A stretch of DNA of 64,000 nucleotides from the NCBI RefSeq assembly GCF_036971445.1, contig NC_091472.1:2852001-2916000 (forward strand), read 5' to 3'. Numbering within the stretch: position 1 is the first letter of the stretch; each line of letters starts with the position of its first letter. This document shows positions 10,670 through 25,600 of this stretch, piece after piece. The notes beneath the pieces were generated by a model. The model ran no database searches, was not told the origin of the DNA, and saw only the letters and a list, made by a program, of their open reading frames with translations. Source of the stretch: Narcine bancroftii (Eukaryota). Made by a program: the position numbers and the translations under genes.

Positions 10670-13600
10670 ATCTGTGTGAAAAATATCCTCCTCAGGTCCC
10701 CTGTAAATCTGTCCCCTCTCACCACAAATCTGTGCTGTTTAGCTTTGGATTCCCCTCCCCTGGGATAAAGATTGAGGACTTTCACTTTATTCATACCCCT
10801 CATGTTTTTATAAACCCTCAATAAGGTCCCTCCTTGATCTGCATCACTCCAGGGAGAAAAGCCCCAGCCCATGAACCAGAAAACCTGCAGTTCCTTGGCA
10901 CGACGTCGTCCCGTACCACACCCTTGAGCAGCAGGATGTACAATTCTCAGTGTACAATCATCCTCTCTCCCTGACAGGGATTGGAATGACTTCCCCACCT
11001 TCCTTCAAGGTCCTTGGATTCAGTTGGTCAGAATCCAGGGATTTATTGAACGTTTCCTCTATCAAGCTGATCAAAATCACCGAATTTCACGACTTCTTCA
11101 TGATACTGATTCCAAAAGTTGCTGATCCAATTTCCCACATTATCAGCCAGATCATTCATATAAACTCAAACAATGGTTTGAGTACCGATCCCTGAGACAC
11201 CCAGCAAAGATCCCTGAGACACCCAGCACCGATCCCTGAGACACCCAGCACCGATCCCTGAAACACCCAGCACCGATCCCTGAGACACCCAGCACCGATC
11301 CCTGAGGCACCCAGCACCGATCCCTGAGACACCCAGTACCGATCCCTGAGACACCTTCTACTGATCCCTGAGACAACCAGCACCGATCCCTGAGACACCC
11401 AGCACCGATCCCTGAGACACCCAGCACCGATCCCTGAGACACCCAGCACCGATCCCTGAGACACCCAGCACCGATCCCTGAGACACCCAGCACCTATCCC
11501 TGAGACACCCAGCACCGATCCCTGAGACACCCAGCACCGATCCCTGAGACACCCAGCACCGATCCCTGAGACACCCAATACCGATCCCTGAGACACCCAG
11601 CACTGACCCCTGAGACACCCAATAACGATCCCTGAGACCCCTTCTACTGATCCCTGAGACACCCAGCACCGATCCCTGAGACACCCAGCACCGATCCCTG
11701 AGACACCCAGCACCGATCCCTGAGACACCCAGCACCGATCCCTGAGACACCCAGCACCGATCCCTGAGACACCCAGCATCGATCCCTGAGACACCCAGCA
11801 CCGATCCCTGAGGCACCCAGCACCGATCCCTGAGGCACCCAGCATCGATCCCTGAGGCACCCAGCACCGATCCCTGAGGCACCCAGCACTGATCCCTGAG
11901 GCACCCAGCTCCGATCCCTGAGACACCCAGCACCGATCCCTGAGACACCCAGCACAGATCCCAGGGACACCCAGCACCGATCACTGAAGCACGCAGCACC
12001 AATCCATGAGACACCCATTTCCGATACTTGAGGCACTCAGTACCAATCCCTGAGACACCCAGCACCAATCCCTGAGGTATCCAACACCGATCCCTGAGAC
12101 ACCCAGCACCGATCCCTGAGACACACAGCACCGATCCCCGAGACACCCAGCACCGATCCCTGAGACACCCAGCTTCGATCCCTGAGACACCCAGCACCGA
12201 TCCCTGAGACACCCAGCACCGATCCCTGAGAAACCCAGCACTGATCCCTGAGACACCCAGCACCGATCCCTGAAGCATCCAGCACAGATCCGAAGGACAC
12301 CCAGTACCGATCCCAGAAGCACCCAGCAACAATCCCTGAGACACCCATTTCCGATCCTTGAGTCACCCAGCACCGATCCCTGAGACACATAGCACCGATC
12401 CCTGAGACACCCAGCACCGATCCCTGAGACACCCAGCTCCGATCCCTGAGAAACCCAGCACTGATCCCTGAGACACCCAGCACCGATCCCTGAAGCACCC
12501 AGCACAGATCCCATGGACACCCAGCACCGATCCCTGAGACACCCAGCACCGATCCCTGAGAAACCCAGCACTGATCCCTGAGACACCCAGCACCGATCCC
12601 TGAAGCACCCAGCACAGATCCCATGGACACCCAGCACCGATCCCTGAGACACCTAGCACCGATCCCTGAGACACCCAGCACCGATCCCTGAGACACCCAG
12701 CACCGATCCCTGAGACACCCAGCACCGATCCCTGAGACACCCAGCACCGATCCCTGAGACACCCAGCACCGATCCCTGAGACACCCAGCACCGATCCCTG
12801 AGACACCCAGCACCGATCCCTGAGACACCCAGTACCGATCCCTGAGACACCCAGCACTGACCCCTGAGACACCCAATACCGATCCCTGAGACCCCTTCTA
12901 CTGATCCCTGAGACACCCAGCACCGATCCCTGAGACACCCAGCACCGATCCCTGAGACACCCAGGACCGATCCCTGAGACACCCAGCACCGATCCCTGAG
13001 ATACCCAGCACCGATACCTGAGACACCCAGCACCGATCCCTGAGACACCCAGCACCGATCCCTGAGACACCCAGCACCGATCCCTGAGACACCCAGCACC
13101 GATCCCTGAGACACCCAGCACCGATCCCTGAGACAGCCAGTACCGATCCCTGAGACACCCAGCACTGACCCCTGAGACACCCAATAACGATCCCTGAGAC
13201 CCCTTCTACTGATCCCTGAGACACCCAGCACCGATCCCTGAGACACCCAGCACCGATCCCTGAGACACCCAGCACCGATCCCTGAGACACCCAGCTCCGA
13301 TCCCTGAGACACCCAGCACCGATCCCTGAGACACCCAGCATCAATCCCTGAGACACCCAGCACCGATCCCTGAGGCATCCAGCACCGATCCCTGAGGCAC
13401 CCAGCACCGATCCCTGAGGCACCCAGCACCGATCCCTGAGGCACCCAGCACTGATCCCTGAGGCACCCAGCTCCAATCCCTGAGACACCCAGCACCGATC
13501 CCTGAGACACCCATTTCCGATCCTTGAGGCACTCAGTACCAATCCCTGAGACACCCAGCACCAATCCCTGAGGTATCCAACACCGATCCCTGAGACACCC

Positions 13601-16600
13601 AGCACCGATCCCTGAGACACACAGCACCGATCCCCGAGACACCCAGCACCAATCCCTGAGACACCCAGCTCCGATCCCTGAGACACCCAGCACCGATCCC
13701 TGAGACACCCAGCACCGATCCCTGAGAAACCCAGCACTGATCCCTGAGACACCCAGCACCGATCCCTGAAGCATCCAGCACAGATCCCAAGGACACCCAG
13801 TACTGATCCCTGAAGCACCCAGCAACAATCCCTGAGACACCCATTTCCGATCCTTGAGTCACCCAGCACCGATCCCTGAGACACTTAGCACCGATCCCTG
13901 AGACACCCAGCACCGATCCCTGAGACACCCAGCTCCGATCCCTGAGACACCCAGCACCGATCCCTGAGTCACCCAGCACCGATCCCTGAGACACCCAGTA
14001 CCGATCCCTGAGACACCCAGCACTGACCCCTGAGACACCCAATACCGATCCCTGAGACCCCTTCTACTGATCCCTAAGACACCCAGCACCGATCCCTGAG
14101 ACACCCAGCACCGATCCCTGAGACACCCAGCACCGATCCCTGAGACACCCAGTACCGATCCCTGAGACACCCAGCACTGACCCCTGAGACACCCAATAAC
14201 GATCCCTGAGACCCCTTCTACTGATCCCTGAGACACCCAGCACCGATCCCTGAGACACCCAGCACCGATCCCTGAGACACCCAGCACCGATCCCTGAGAC
14301 ACCCAGCACCGATCCCTGAGACACCCAGCACCGATCCCTGAGACACCCAGCACCGATCCCTGAGGCATCCAGCACCGATCCCTGAGTCACCCAGCACCGA
14401 TCCCTGAGGCACCCAGCACCGATCCCTGAGGCACCCAGCACTGATCCCTGAGGCACCCAGCTCCGATCCCTGAGACACCCAGCTCCGATCCCTGAGACAC
14501 CCAGCACCGATCCCTGAGACACCCAGCACCGATCCCTGAGACACCCAGCACTGACCCCTGAGACACCCATTTCCGATCCTTGAGGCACTCAGTACCAATC
14601 CCTGAGACACCCAGCACCAGTCCCTGAGGTATCCAACACCGATCCCTGAGACACCCAGCACCGATCCCTGAGACACACAGCACCGATCCCCGAGACACCC
14701 AGCACCAATCCCTGAGACACCCAGCTCCGATCCCTGAGACACCCAGCACCGATCCCTGAGACACCCAGCACCGATCCCTGAGAAACCCAGCACTGATCCC
14801 TGAGACACCCAGCACCGATCCCTGAAGCATCCAGCACAGATCCCAGAGACATCCAGCACCGATCCCTGAGACACCCAGCACCGATCCCTGAGACACCCAG
14901 CTCCGATCCCTGAGACACCCAGCACTGATCCCTGAGACACCCAGCACCGATCCCTGAGACACCCAGCACCGATCCCTGAGACACCCAGCACCGATCCCTG
15001 AGACACCCAGCACCGATCCCTGAGACACCCAGCTCCGATCCCTGAGACACCCAGCACCGATCCCTGAAGCATCCAGCACAGATCCCAAGGACACCCAGTA
15101 CCGATCCCTGAAGCACACAGCAACAATCCCTGAGACACCCATTTCCGATCCTTGAGGCACCCAGCACCGATCCCTGAGACACTTAGCACCGATCCCTGAG
15201 ACACCCAGCTCCGATCCCTGAGACACCCAGCACCGATCCCTGAGACACCCAGCACCGATCCCTGAGAAACCCAGCACTGATCCCTGAGACACCCAGCACC
15301 GATCCCTGAAGCACCCAGCACAGATCCCAAGGACACCCAGTACCGATCCCTGAAGCACCCAGTACCAATCCCTGAGACACCCATTTCCGATCTTGAGGCA
15401 CCCAGCACCGATCCCTGAGACACTTAGCACCTATCCCTGAGACACCCAGCACCGATACCTGAGACACCCAGTACCAATCCATGAGACACCCAGTACCGAT
15501 CCCTGAAGCACCCAGCACCGATCCCAGGGACCCCAGCACCGATCCTAGGGACACCCAGTACTGATCCCTGAAGCACCCAGCACCAATCCCAGGGACACCC
15601 AGCACCGATCCCTGAAGTACCCAGCACTGATCCCAGGGACACCCAGTACCAATCCCTGAAGCACCCAGCACCAATCCCAGGGACACCCAGTACCGATCCC
15701 TGAAGCACCCAGCACCAATCCCAGGGACACCCAGTACCGATCCCTGAAGCACCCAGTACCAATCCCTGAGACACCCATTTCCGATCCTTGAGGCACTCAG
15801 TACCAATCCCAGAGACACCCAGCACCGATCCCTGAGACACCCAGCACCGATCCCTGAGACACCCAGTACCGATCCCTGAGACACCCAGCACTGACCCCTG
15901 AGACACCCAATAACGATCCCTGAGACCCCTTCTACTGATCCCTGAGACACCCAGCACCGATCCCTGAGACACCCAGCACCGATCCCTGAGACACCCAGCA
16001 CCGATCCCTGAGACACCCAGCACCGATCCCTGAGACACCCAGCACCGATCCCTAAGACACCCAGCATCAATCCCTGAGACACCCAGCACCGATCTCTGAG
16101 GCACCCAGCACCGATCCCTGAGGCACCCAGCACCGATCCCTGAGGCACCCAGCACTGATCCCTGAGGCACCCAGCTCCGATCCCTGAGACACCCAGCACC
16201 GATCCCTGAGACACCCAGCACAGATCCCAGGGACACCCAGCACCGATCACTGAAGCACGCAGCACCAATCCATGAGACACCCATTTCCGATCCTTGAGGC
16301 ACTCAGTACCAATCCCTGAGACACCCAGCACCAATCCCTGAGGTATCCAACACCGATCCCTGAGACACCCAGCACCGATCCCTGAGACACACAGCACCGA
16401 TCCCTGAGACACCCAGCACCGATCCCTGAGACACCCAGCTCCGATCCCTGAGACACCCAGCACCTATCCCTGAGACACCCAGCACCTATCCCTGAGAAAC
16501 CCAGCACCGATCCCTGAGACACCCAGCACCGATCCCTGAAGCATCCAGCACAGATCCCAAGGACACCCAGTACCGATCCCTGAAGCACCCAGAAACAATC

Positions 16601-19600
16601 CCTGAGACACCCATTTCCGATCCTTGAGGCACCCAGCACCGATCCCTGAGACACTTAGCACCGATCCCTGAGACACCCAGCTCCGATCCCTGAGACACCC
16701 AGCACCGATCCCTGAGACACCCAGCACCGATCCCTGAGAAACCCAGCACTGATCCCTGAGACACCCAGCACCGATCCCTGAAGCACCCAGCACAGATCCC
16801 AAGGACACCCAGTACCGATCCCTGAAGCACCCAACACCAATCCCTGAGACACCCATTTCCGATCTTGAGGCACCCAGCACCGATCCCTGAGACACTTAGC
16901 ACCTATCCCTGAGACACCCAGCACCGATACCTGAGACACCCAGTACCAATCCATGAGACACCCAGTACCGATCCCTGAAGCACCCAGCACCGATCCCAGG
17001 GACCCCAGCACCGATCCTAGGGACACCCAGTACTGATCCCTGAAGCACCCAGCACCAATCCCAGGGACACCCAGCACCGATCCCTGAAGCACCCAGCACT
17101 GATCCCAGGGACACCCAGTACCAATCCCTGAAGCACCCAGCACCAATCCCAGGGACACCCAGTACCGATCCCTGAAGCACCCAGTACCAATCCCTGAGAC
17201 ACCCATTTCCGATCCTTGAGGCACTCAGTACCAATCCCTGAGACACCCAGCACCAATCCCTGAGGTATCCAGCACCGATCCCTGAAGCACCCAGCACCGA
17301 TCCCAGGGACACCCAGTACCGATCCCTGAGGCACCCATTACCAATCCCTGAGGCATCCAGCACCAATCCCTGAAGAACTTAGCACCGATCCCTGAGGCAC
17401 CCAGCATCAATCCCTGAGACACCCAATACTGATCCTGAGACACCCTGTACCAATCCCTGAGGCACCACCACTAGTCTCAGGTCTCCAATCTGAGAAGCAT
17501 CATCCACCATGACTCTCTGGCTTCTCCTATAGGGCCAATGTGGGATCTATTTGACTATCTCTCCAGAATACCGAGCTTCAGAACCTTCCTGACTAATGGG
17601 CCTTGAGAAAAGTCTTACTAAAGTCCCTGTAGACAACATCAGTGGCCTTTCCTTCATCAACTTTCCTAGTAACTTCTTCCAAAAAACACCATACGATTAG
17701 TTAAACATGACCTACCTGCACAAAGCCATGTTGACTTATCCCTAATCAGTTCCTCTGACTGATGTTAGCCTATAATTGCCCTAATTATTTTCAGAGCCTA
17801 TTTTAAACAACTGACAACATTAGCTCTGCTCCAATCCTCCTTACCTGTGGCTAAGAACATTTTAAATATCTCTGTAAGGCCTGCTGTCATTTCTGCACAA
17901 GCCTACCTCAAGGTCCAAGGGAATACCTCGACAGGCCCCGGGGATTTATCCACCCTTATTTTCTTTACGAGAGCAAGCATGTCCTCCTCTTTAATCTGTA
18001 CAGGTTCCTTGACCTCACTGCTTGTTTTCCTCACTTCCCACAACTCTTCCCATTTCCAGAGTAAATACAGATGCAAAAGATCCCCATCTCTTCTGACTCC
18101 ATACAAAGTTGTCCACTCTGATCTACCAGAGGACCAACATTGTCCCTTGTTGTTCTTTTTGCCCTTAATATACCTGTAGATCCCTTTTGATTTTCCTTCA
18201 CCTTTTCGCCAAAGCAACCTCATCTTATTTTAGCCTCCTCATTTACTTTTTAACATTTTTCCTGCATTGTTTTTACTCCTTCAGTCCTCTTTCGCTCCTT
18301 GTTGCCTGTACCTGTTAAACACCTCTCTCTTCTTCCAAACCCGATCCCCAGTATCCCTCAAAAATCAAGGTTCCCTCGGCCTGCTAACCTTATCTTTAAT
18401 TCTGACAGGAACATACAAACTCTATACTCTCAACATTCCACCTTTTAGGTCGTCCATTTACCTTGCACGTTCTTGTCCAAAAACAACATCCCAATCCACA
18501 CTTTCTCGATCCTTTCTCATTTCCTCAAAATTGGCCTTTCTCCAATTTAGAATCTCAATCCAAGGCCCAGATCCATCCTTCTCCATAATTAACTTGAAAC
18601 TAATGGAATTATGATCACTGGACCCAAAATGTTCCCCGACACATACTTCTGTCATCTGTCTTGTCTCATTCCCTAACAGGAGATCCAGTATTGCCCTCTC
18701 TCTAGTTGGTCCCTCGATATATTGGTTTAGAAAACTTTCCTGAACACATTTGACAAACTCTAAGCCATCCAGCCGTTTTGGGAGTCCCAGTCTCCTACGA
18801 TCACATCTTTGTGTTTCCTGCAGCTGTTTGCTATCTCTCTACAGATTGGCTCCTCCAATTCTCATGGATCTCGGTGATCTATAATACAACCTCATGAGTG
18901 TGGTCATATCTTTCTCGTTCCTCAGCTCCACCCTCAGTAGATGAGCCCTCTCATCTGTCTTGCCTGAGCACAGCTGTGATATTTTCCATGATGACCAATG
19001 CCACTCCTCCCCCTTCCATTCCCCTGCCCATCCCTGTTCTATCACATCTAAAGCAATGGAAGCCCAGAACATTGAGCCCAGTCCTTCCCCTCCTGCAATC
19101 AAGTTTCACTAATGGCCACAGTCATAATTCCATGTGCCAATCCACGCTCTAAACTCGTCTACCTTTCCTACAATACACCCTGCATTGAAATGTTTCCACC
19201 ACATCCAACCCATTGACTCTAACAGTGCATGTAATTTTCACATCATCTTTCCCCTCCTCCACTCCTCTATCTGCTCTGGCATCTGGTTCTCCTCCCCCTG
19301 CAAATCTAGTTTAAACCCACTGGAGCAGCACCAGCAAACCTTCCTGCAAGGATATTAATCTCCCTCCAGTTCCCCTATTCCCTGGAAGAGCCCAATGATC
19401 CAGAAACCTGAAGCCCTCTCTCCTGCACCATCGTCTTTAGCCACGTGTTGAGTTGCATTATCCACCTATTTCTCACCTCACTAGGATGAAGAACAGGCAG
19501 AAATCCTGAGATCACTACACTGGAGGGTCCTGTCCTTCAACCTAGCACCTCATCCTTCCTACCCACATCATTGTTCCCTACATGGACCACACCATCAGGC

Positions 19601-20620
19601 TGTTCACCCTCCCATCTGAAAATGCCATGAACTCAATCTGAGATATCTCGGACCCTGGCACCAGGGAGGCAACAGACCATCTGGGATACTTGATCCATTC
19701 CACAGAATCTCTTATCTGTCCCCCCTAACTATGGAATTCCCTATCACTACAGCTTGCCTCCACTTTTTAGCTACAGGACTAGACTCCATGCCAGAGACAT
19801 GATCTCCATGGCCTGTCCCTGATAGGTAATTTCCACTCGTCCCCCCGCCAACAGTATCCACAGGGTTTCCCCGCACTGCCTGCCTGTTCCCTTCCCCTCT
19901 CCTGTCTGACACCCATCTACCCTCCTCCTGCCTCCTAGTGGCAGTGTCCCCGTAATTCCTGACTATCACCCCCTCTGCCTCCTGAATGATTTAAAGTTCA
20001 TCCACCTCCAGCTCCAATTCGTCAACTTGGTTTGTCAAGAGCTGTAGCTGGATGCACTTGTCACAGATGAAGTTGTGAGGGATATTACTGGCTTCCATGA
20101 TGACCCATATTTTGCAAGTGGAGCATTCCCCTGCCTTGGCTGCCATTCCCACCTGACTATGACTACATGAACAAAATATATAATATCTAAAAAAAACTCC
20201 CATTTTCTGGCAGAGTACCTGTATCCTGTAAATGTTTCTGAGAGATAAATTGGATCAAGGTAGTTACATACAAACCATTTAAAAAACAATCTTCTCTGAA
20301 ATACTGGAGCTCTGGGTAATGCTCGACATATCAGCTCCACAGCTTTTGCAAGATGTTTAACTTGCAATAAGCTCTTCAAAGCTCTTGTTTGTATGTGACC
20401 TACTCGAACAACCCTTTCCCAATTTATCTCCCCAAAACATATCTATACTCTGTCACACTACCTATTGAATCCTTTTTGTGCCTCGAGTAGGGTGGCCATT
20501 TCTGCCTTCAACTCCAACTATTTCTTGCCCCTTACCTATTCTTGCTGAAGCCTATTTAGCTGGAGCCTTACCACTTTGCCTCACCCCACACCGTCGATGA
20601 CCTTTGTCTTCAACTGTTCA
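10670..20620 (-). mobile_element. Degraded near-full-length CR1 LINE hosting a 6.3-kb satellite in its RT domain
   Basis: ORF1 zinc-finger/zipper (CSTCKIW...CDKCIQLQLL, 19991-20203), SGNH-like AVVIGNSIVRG (19712-19969), endonuclease SSDHNSI (18458-18655), KSPGP (17903-18223). The RT flanks continue on both sides of the satellite. Confidence 0.85.
11181..17465. repeat. 22-bp tandem satellite (about 285 units) with higher-order structure
   Basis: Consensus gatccctgagacacccagcacc. Its reverse complement is the CR1 RT motif GVPQGSVLG. Blocks of variant units recur. Confidence 0.98.
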
Positions 20621-20639
20621 ACTCAATTGCCCAATCGAG

Positions 20640-20880
20640 ATTCAACATACATCACGGTGTCAGGCACTTTTGGCCCATGAGCCTGTGCCGCCCAATTACA
20701 CCTAATTAACCTACAATCCCAGTATGTTTTGAAGGGTGGGTGAAAACCGGAGCTCTTGGGGAAAACCCATGCAGACACGGGGAGAACCTACAAACTCCTT
20801 ACAGACCACGCGGGATTTGAACCCTGGTCTCGATTGCTGGTGCTGGTAACAGTGTTGCTTCAATGCTAGAGGAACTGTGC
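20640..20880 (-). mobile_element. tRNA-derived SINE
   Basis: Same core as 3790-3940, with B-box-like gggatttgaaccc. Confidence 0.7.
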
Positions 20881-20884
20881 CACT

Positions 20885-21745
20885 AAGTTTAAGTTCAAGT
20901 TTATTGTAAAATGATTGTATAAGTAAAGCCCGACAAAACTGCGTTCTCCGGTCCTCGATGAAAGATCACACAGTCACACAATCAGATAAAACAGACATAC
21001 AGACAAACGATACAAATGCAGAACTAATACAAATCTATAAATAAATAAATAAATAAATACTGTTTTGGGCAAATGAGAGTCTCGGAGGGTCAGCGTGAGC
21101 AGTTCCTTTGGTCGTTCACCATCCTCACTGCAGCTGTTCCTCAGCCTGGTGGTCCTGGCTCTGATCCTCCTGGATCTCTTCCCCGACAGGAGCAGCTGAA
21201 AGATGGATTTTGGGTGCCCTCTTCAGACAACGATCCCGGGAGATCTCGTCGATGGTGGGGAGGGAGGGATCCTCTCTTATAGTCCTGTGGATTGACATCC
21301 AACCCAATGCTCCACCTATCTGCTCCTCTAACTTCTATTGATTTATTTGTGGACCTGTCGTGCACTCCCAACGAGGAGAACATGCCTTTCATCTTTCTCA
21401 GCTCTACCTGTATAGCCTCACTGCCCAGCCCATCTGTAATGTCGCCTCCAACCTCTGCTGTGACACGTTTCATATGCCAATAACCATGAGACCATAGGAC
21501 ATAGGAGCAGAAATGGGCCATTCAGCCCATCGTGACTGCACTGATATTCAAACATGAGCTGATCCAATCTCCCACTCAGCCCCAGAGCCCAGCCTTCTCC
21601 CCATAACCTTTGATGCCCTGGCTAATCAAGAACCTGTCAATCTCTGCCTTAAATACACCCAATGGCCCGGCCTCTACAACCACCTGTGGGAACAAATTCC
21701 ACAGATTCCCCACCTTCTGGCTGAAGTAATTCCTCTGTATCTCAA
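20885..21745 (-). mobile_element. Cluster of LINE fragments (Rex/Babar-like 3' end, CR1 endonuclease piece, CR1 3' tail)
   Basis: Similar to 8980-9380; SEAIQVELR motif; tail similar to 45790-45985. Confidence 0.65.
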
Positions 21746-21769
21746 CGTAACAGAAAATGTACTGCTATT

Positions 21770-21965
21770 ACCCGGGTTCAAATCCAGCTATTTCTGTATT
21801 GAGTTCGTACGTTCTCCCTGTGTCTGCGTGGGCTTTCCCCAGGGGCTATGTTTTCCTCCCACCATTCAAAACGTACCGGGGGTGTAGATCAATCTGCTGT
21901 AATTGGGAAGCATGGGCTTGTGAGCCAGAAGGGCCTGTTACCGTGCTGTATGTCTAAATTTAATT
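21770..21965 (+). mobile_element. tRNA-derived SINE
   Basis: gggttcaaatcc B box followed by the gttctccctgtgtctgcgtgg core. Confidence 0.65.
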
Positions 21966-22675
21966 TATAAAATTACGAGATATATTGGTAGGATGGACAG
22001 ACAGTATCTTGTCCCCAGGGCAAATATTTCGAGGATTTGCTTTTAAACTGATGGGAGTGGGAGAGTGGAGGTTAACGGAGATGTGCAGGATACATTTTAT
22101 TTACAGAGACAGTGGCAGGTGCCTGGTACGGACGGCCAGGGGTAGTGTCAGAAACAGATAGAGTAGAAGAACTTTTAGATCCACACGTGAATCGTGCAGG
22201 GAGCTGAGGGATAGGGACCGTGTGCAGGCAGAAGGTAGATACGTTAATTTGGGCATATTTTTTGACAAATTAAGTAAAATCCCTGTTATCCAGAATTCAA
22301 GCAATCAGCTGCCTTAAACAACCGACAAAATAAAAAGCGTGGAAAAGAAGTAGGTAAAAAATATGAGAGTTTTAAATTGGCGCCGATCATGCAACATGCA
22401 ATCTCAAGCAACTAGAAAACTCACTTATCTGGTATCTACCAGTGCTGGGTACGGGGGAGGGTGGGGGTTACTGTATTTAGAAGTGCCATTGAATGCTGTA
22501 CATGGCTGCACTGTTCTCTGTAAAATGGCTAGATTTTCTCCTGATTTTCTGCTTTGTATTAACTATAAATTTGGCCAATAAAATATGACATCGAGCAGGA
22601 GGTAAGTGTTCTGGCACCTTCTTGTACCTTTTCGTGGGTTGGTCGGTTCCGTGCTCAGTGAAAGAACTGAGCTCG

Positions 22676-25600
22676 ATTTAATTATAAATTTGGTTACTTT
22701 GTTCTTTTTTCCAGTTTTATCCATGTTTGAATCCAAATTAAGGTTAAAATCCCCTCCTATTAGTATGTTCTCTTGCGTATTTGCGATCTTCAAAAAGATA
22801 TCTTGCATAAATTTTTGATCTTCTTCATTAGGTGGGTATACATTGAGTAAATTCCAAAATTCTGAATATATCTGACATTTTAACATTACATTTCTCCCTG
22901 CTGGATCTATTATTTCCTCCTCTATTTTGATTGGTACATTTTTATTGATTAATATAGCTACTCCTCTGGCTTTTGAATTATACGATGCTGCTGTTACATG
23001 TCCTACCCAATCTCTCTTTAATTTCTTGTCTTCCACTTCAGTTAGATGTGTTTCTTGTACGAATGCTATATCAATATTTTCTTTTTTCAGTAAATTTAAC
23101 AGTTTCTTCCTTTTGATTTGGTTATGTATTCCATTAATATTTAAAGTCATATAGTTCAACATAGTCATTTCATACTTTGTTTATCTTTCCTTTCCGTTTC
23201 CTCATCACCACCTTCCCTTCATATCCATTTCTGCTTTCTTTTTTTGAACACATTATAAGACAACGTTTCTAAAACATAAAATATTTCCACTATTCTCATA
23301 TCTAAAATTCCTTTAACCCCAATAGTCCTTCCCCTTTCTGAGTTGCCTTTTGTCCCTTGTCGGGCAACCACATCTCCCCTCTCCATTTGGATTCGCGAAT
23401 CAGCTCGCAAGCGTCAACTGATTTCGCAGTGACCGTAACTCTTCCCCACCCAGCCCCCCCAGAAAAGATTTTAATCTTCATATATAAAAAGGTCACTCTC
23501 TTAATTCCCTCCTTACTTCCTTTTTTCCCTTCCTTTCCCTTCTTAGTTCTTACTTTATTCTTCTTCTTTATATATAATTTGTTGTCATTTTTGTTCTTGT
23601 TACATCTCTGTCTTTTTTGTAGTTGTTCTGCAAATTTTCGTGCTTCCTCCGGATCCGAGAATAGTCTGTTTTGCTGCCCCGGAATAACTATTTTAAGTAC
23701 TGCTGGGTATTTTAACATAAATTTATAACCTTTTTTCCATAGGGTTGTTTTTGCTGCATTAAACTCCTTCCTCTTCTTCAGGAGTTCAAAACTTATGTCT
23801 GGGTAGAAAATTTTTTTTGACCCTTGTATTCCAGTGGCTTTTTGTCTTCTCTTATTTTCCTCATTGCTTTCTCCAATATATTTTCTCTTGTTGTATATCT
23901 TAGGAATTTTACTAGAATGGATCTTGGTTTTTGTTGTGGTTTAGGGGCTAATGTTCTGTGTGCCCTTTCTATTTCCATTTCTTCCTGTAATTCTGGTCTT
24001 CCTAGGACGCTGGGGATCCATTCTTTGATAAATTCTCTCATATTCTTGCCTTCTTCATCTTCCTTAAGGCCCACTATCTTTATATTGTTTCTTCTACTAT
24101 AATTTTCCATTATATCTATCTTCTGATCTAAAAGCTCTTGTGTCTCTTTAACTTTTTTATAAGATTCTTCTAATTTCTTTTTTAAGTCCTCTACTTCCAT
24201 TTCTACGGCTGTTGCTCGTTCTTCCACCTTGTCCACTCTTTTTCCTATATCCGTCATGATCATTTCTAATCTATTCACTTTTTCTTCTGTACTTTTTATT
24301 TTTCTTTTTATTTCACTGAATTCTTGTGACTGCCATTCGTTTACTGTTTCCATATATTCTTTAAAATTTTTTTTTTCCATGTACTTGCCCTTCCCTTCAT
24401 CTTCCATTTCTCTGTGTTCTCCCTTCTCTTCTTCTGAGTCCACTCCAGGATCTGTGTCCTTTACCTCTGTCTCTTCTGGTTTTCTTGTTGGGTTGTTTGT
24501 TTTATTTTGTTGGGTATTTTTGGTCTTCTTATTTTTATTAGAAGTGTCTTGATGTTGGTCTTCTTCCTCTGGGTTGGTCATCTGTTGTTTCTTTGATTTC
24601 CTATTTTTATTCTCTTCCTTCTTGTTCTCGTTATTTTCTACGTTTTCCTGTTGAGAGTCTTGCTGTCGTGTTGTAGTTGTCTGTTTCAGCTGTGGAGATT
24701 TACTCCTCAGCTGGTCCCCCCTCCCATATAACCATATAACCACTTACAGCACAGAACAGGCCAGTTCGGCCCTACTAGTGTGTTGTTTTTGTCTTGCGCA
24801 TTGGAATCCTCGCGCATGCGCGGTTGCGCACTTTTGTTTGGCTCCGTGAGCCATCTTTGTAGTCCTGAGTTCGGGGTTTCCACTGACCTCAGGGAGCAGG
24901 CTTCTCTCTCCATGGCGGGCCTCCTCGTACAGGTAAGGCCTTCACCTTTCTCTTCCGACATCTTTCCTTCTTCTTTTCTTCTTGTTGTTTTTGGTTTTTC
25001 TTTCTTTGCTGCCATTTTCTCCACACTTTTATTTTTAATTTGTTATGGTTTCTGTTTTTGTGGCTTTGCTTTTTCTTTACTTTTGAAAAAACTTTTCTGG
25101 AGAGGGCTGGTATTTTCTTACCGGTCACTAATTTTAATTAAATCAAATTTATAATTAAATCGATGCAGGAACTGCAACTTTTGGATATATGAAGGAAACA
25201 ACACCCAAAGGAAAAGGAATACTCATATTATTTGGATAGACATAAAACATACTCAGGGATAGACCTATTCCTGTTATCAGCCCACATTCAAGGGAGAGTT
25301 AGGAAAACTGAATATAAAGCTAGACTATTATCGGACCACTCACCCCTGTTATTAGCAATAGAACTGGAGGACATCCTACCCAGAATGTATAGATGGAGAT
25401 TAAAATCCATGCTACTTAAAAGACAGGATTTTAGTGAATCAATTGAGCAACAAATTAAAATGTACTTGGAAATAAATACGGAATCAGTGAAAAATAAATT
25501 TATGCTATGGGACGCAATGAAAGTATTCATCAAAGCGCAGATAAATAGTTATGTAACTAAGATGAAGAAGGACTACAATCAAGAAATAGAACAGTTGGAA

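Noticed and set aside
11152-17443. Dozens of long ORFs (up to 426 aa) of repeating GVSGIGAGCLRDRCWVSQGSVL
   Set aside because: Artefact of a stop-free 22-bp tandem unit read in all three frames; no gene structure.
11181-17465. CRISPR-like regularly repeated array
   Set aside because: Head-to-tail repeats with no unique spacers, no cas genes, and a eukaryotic context.
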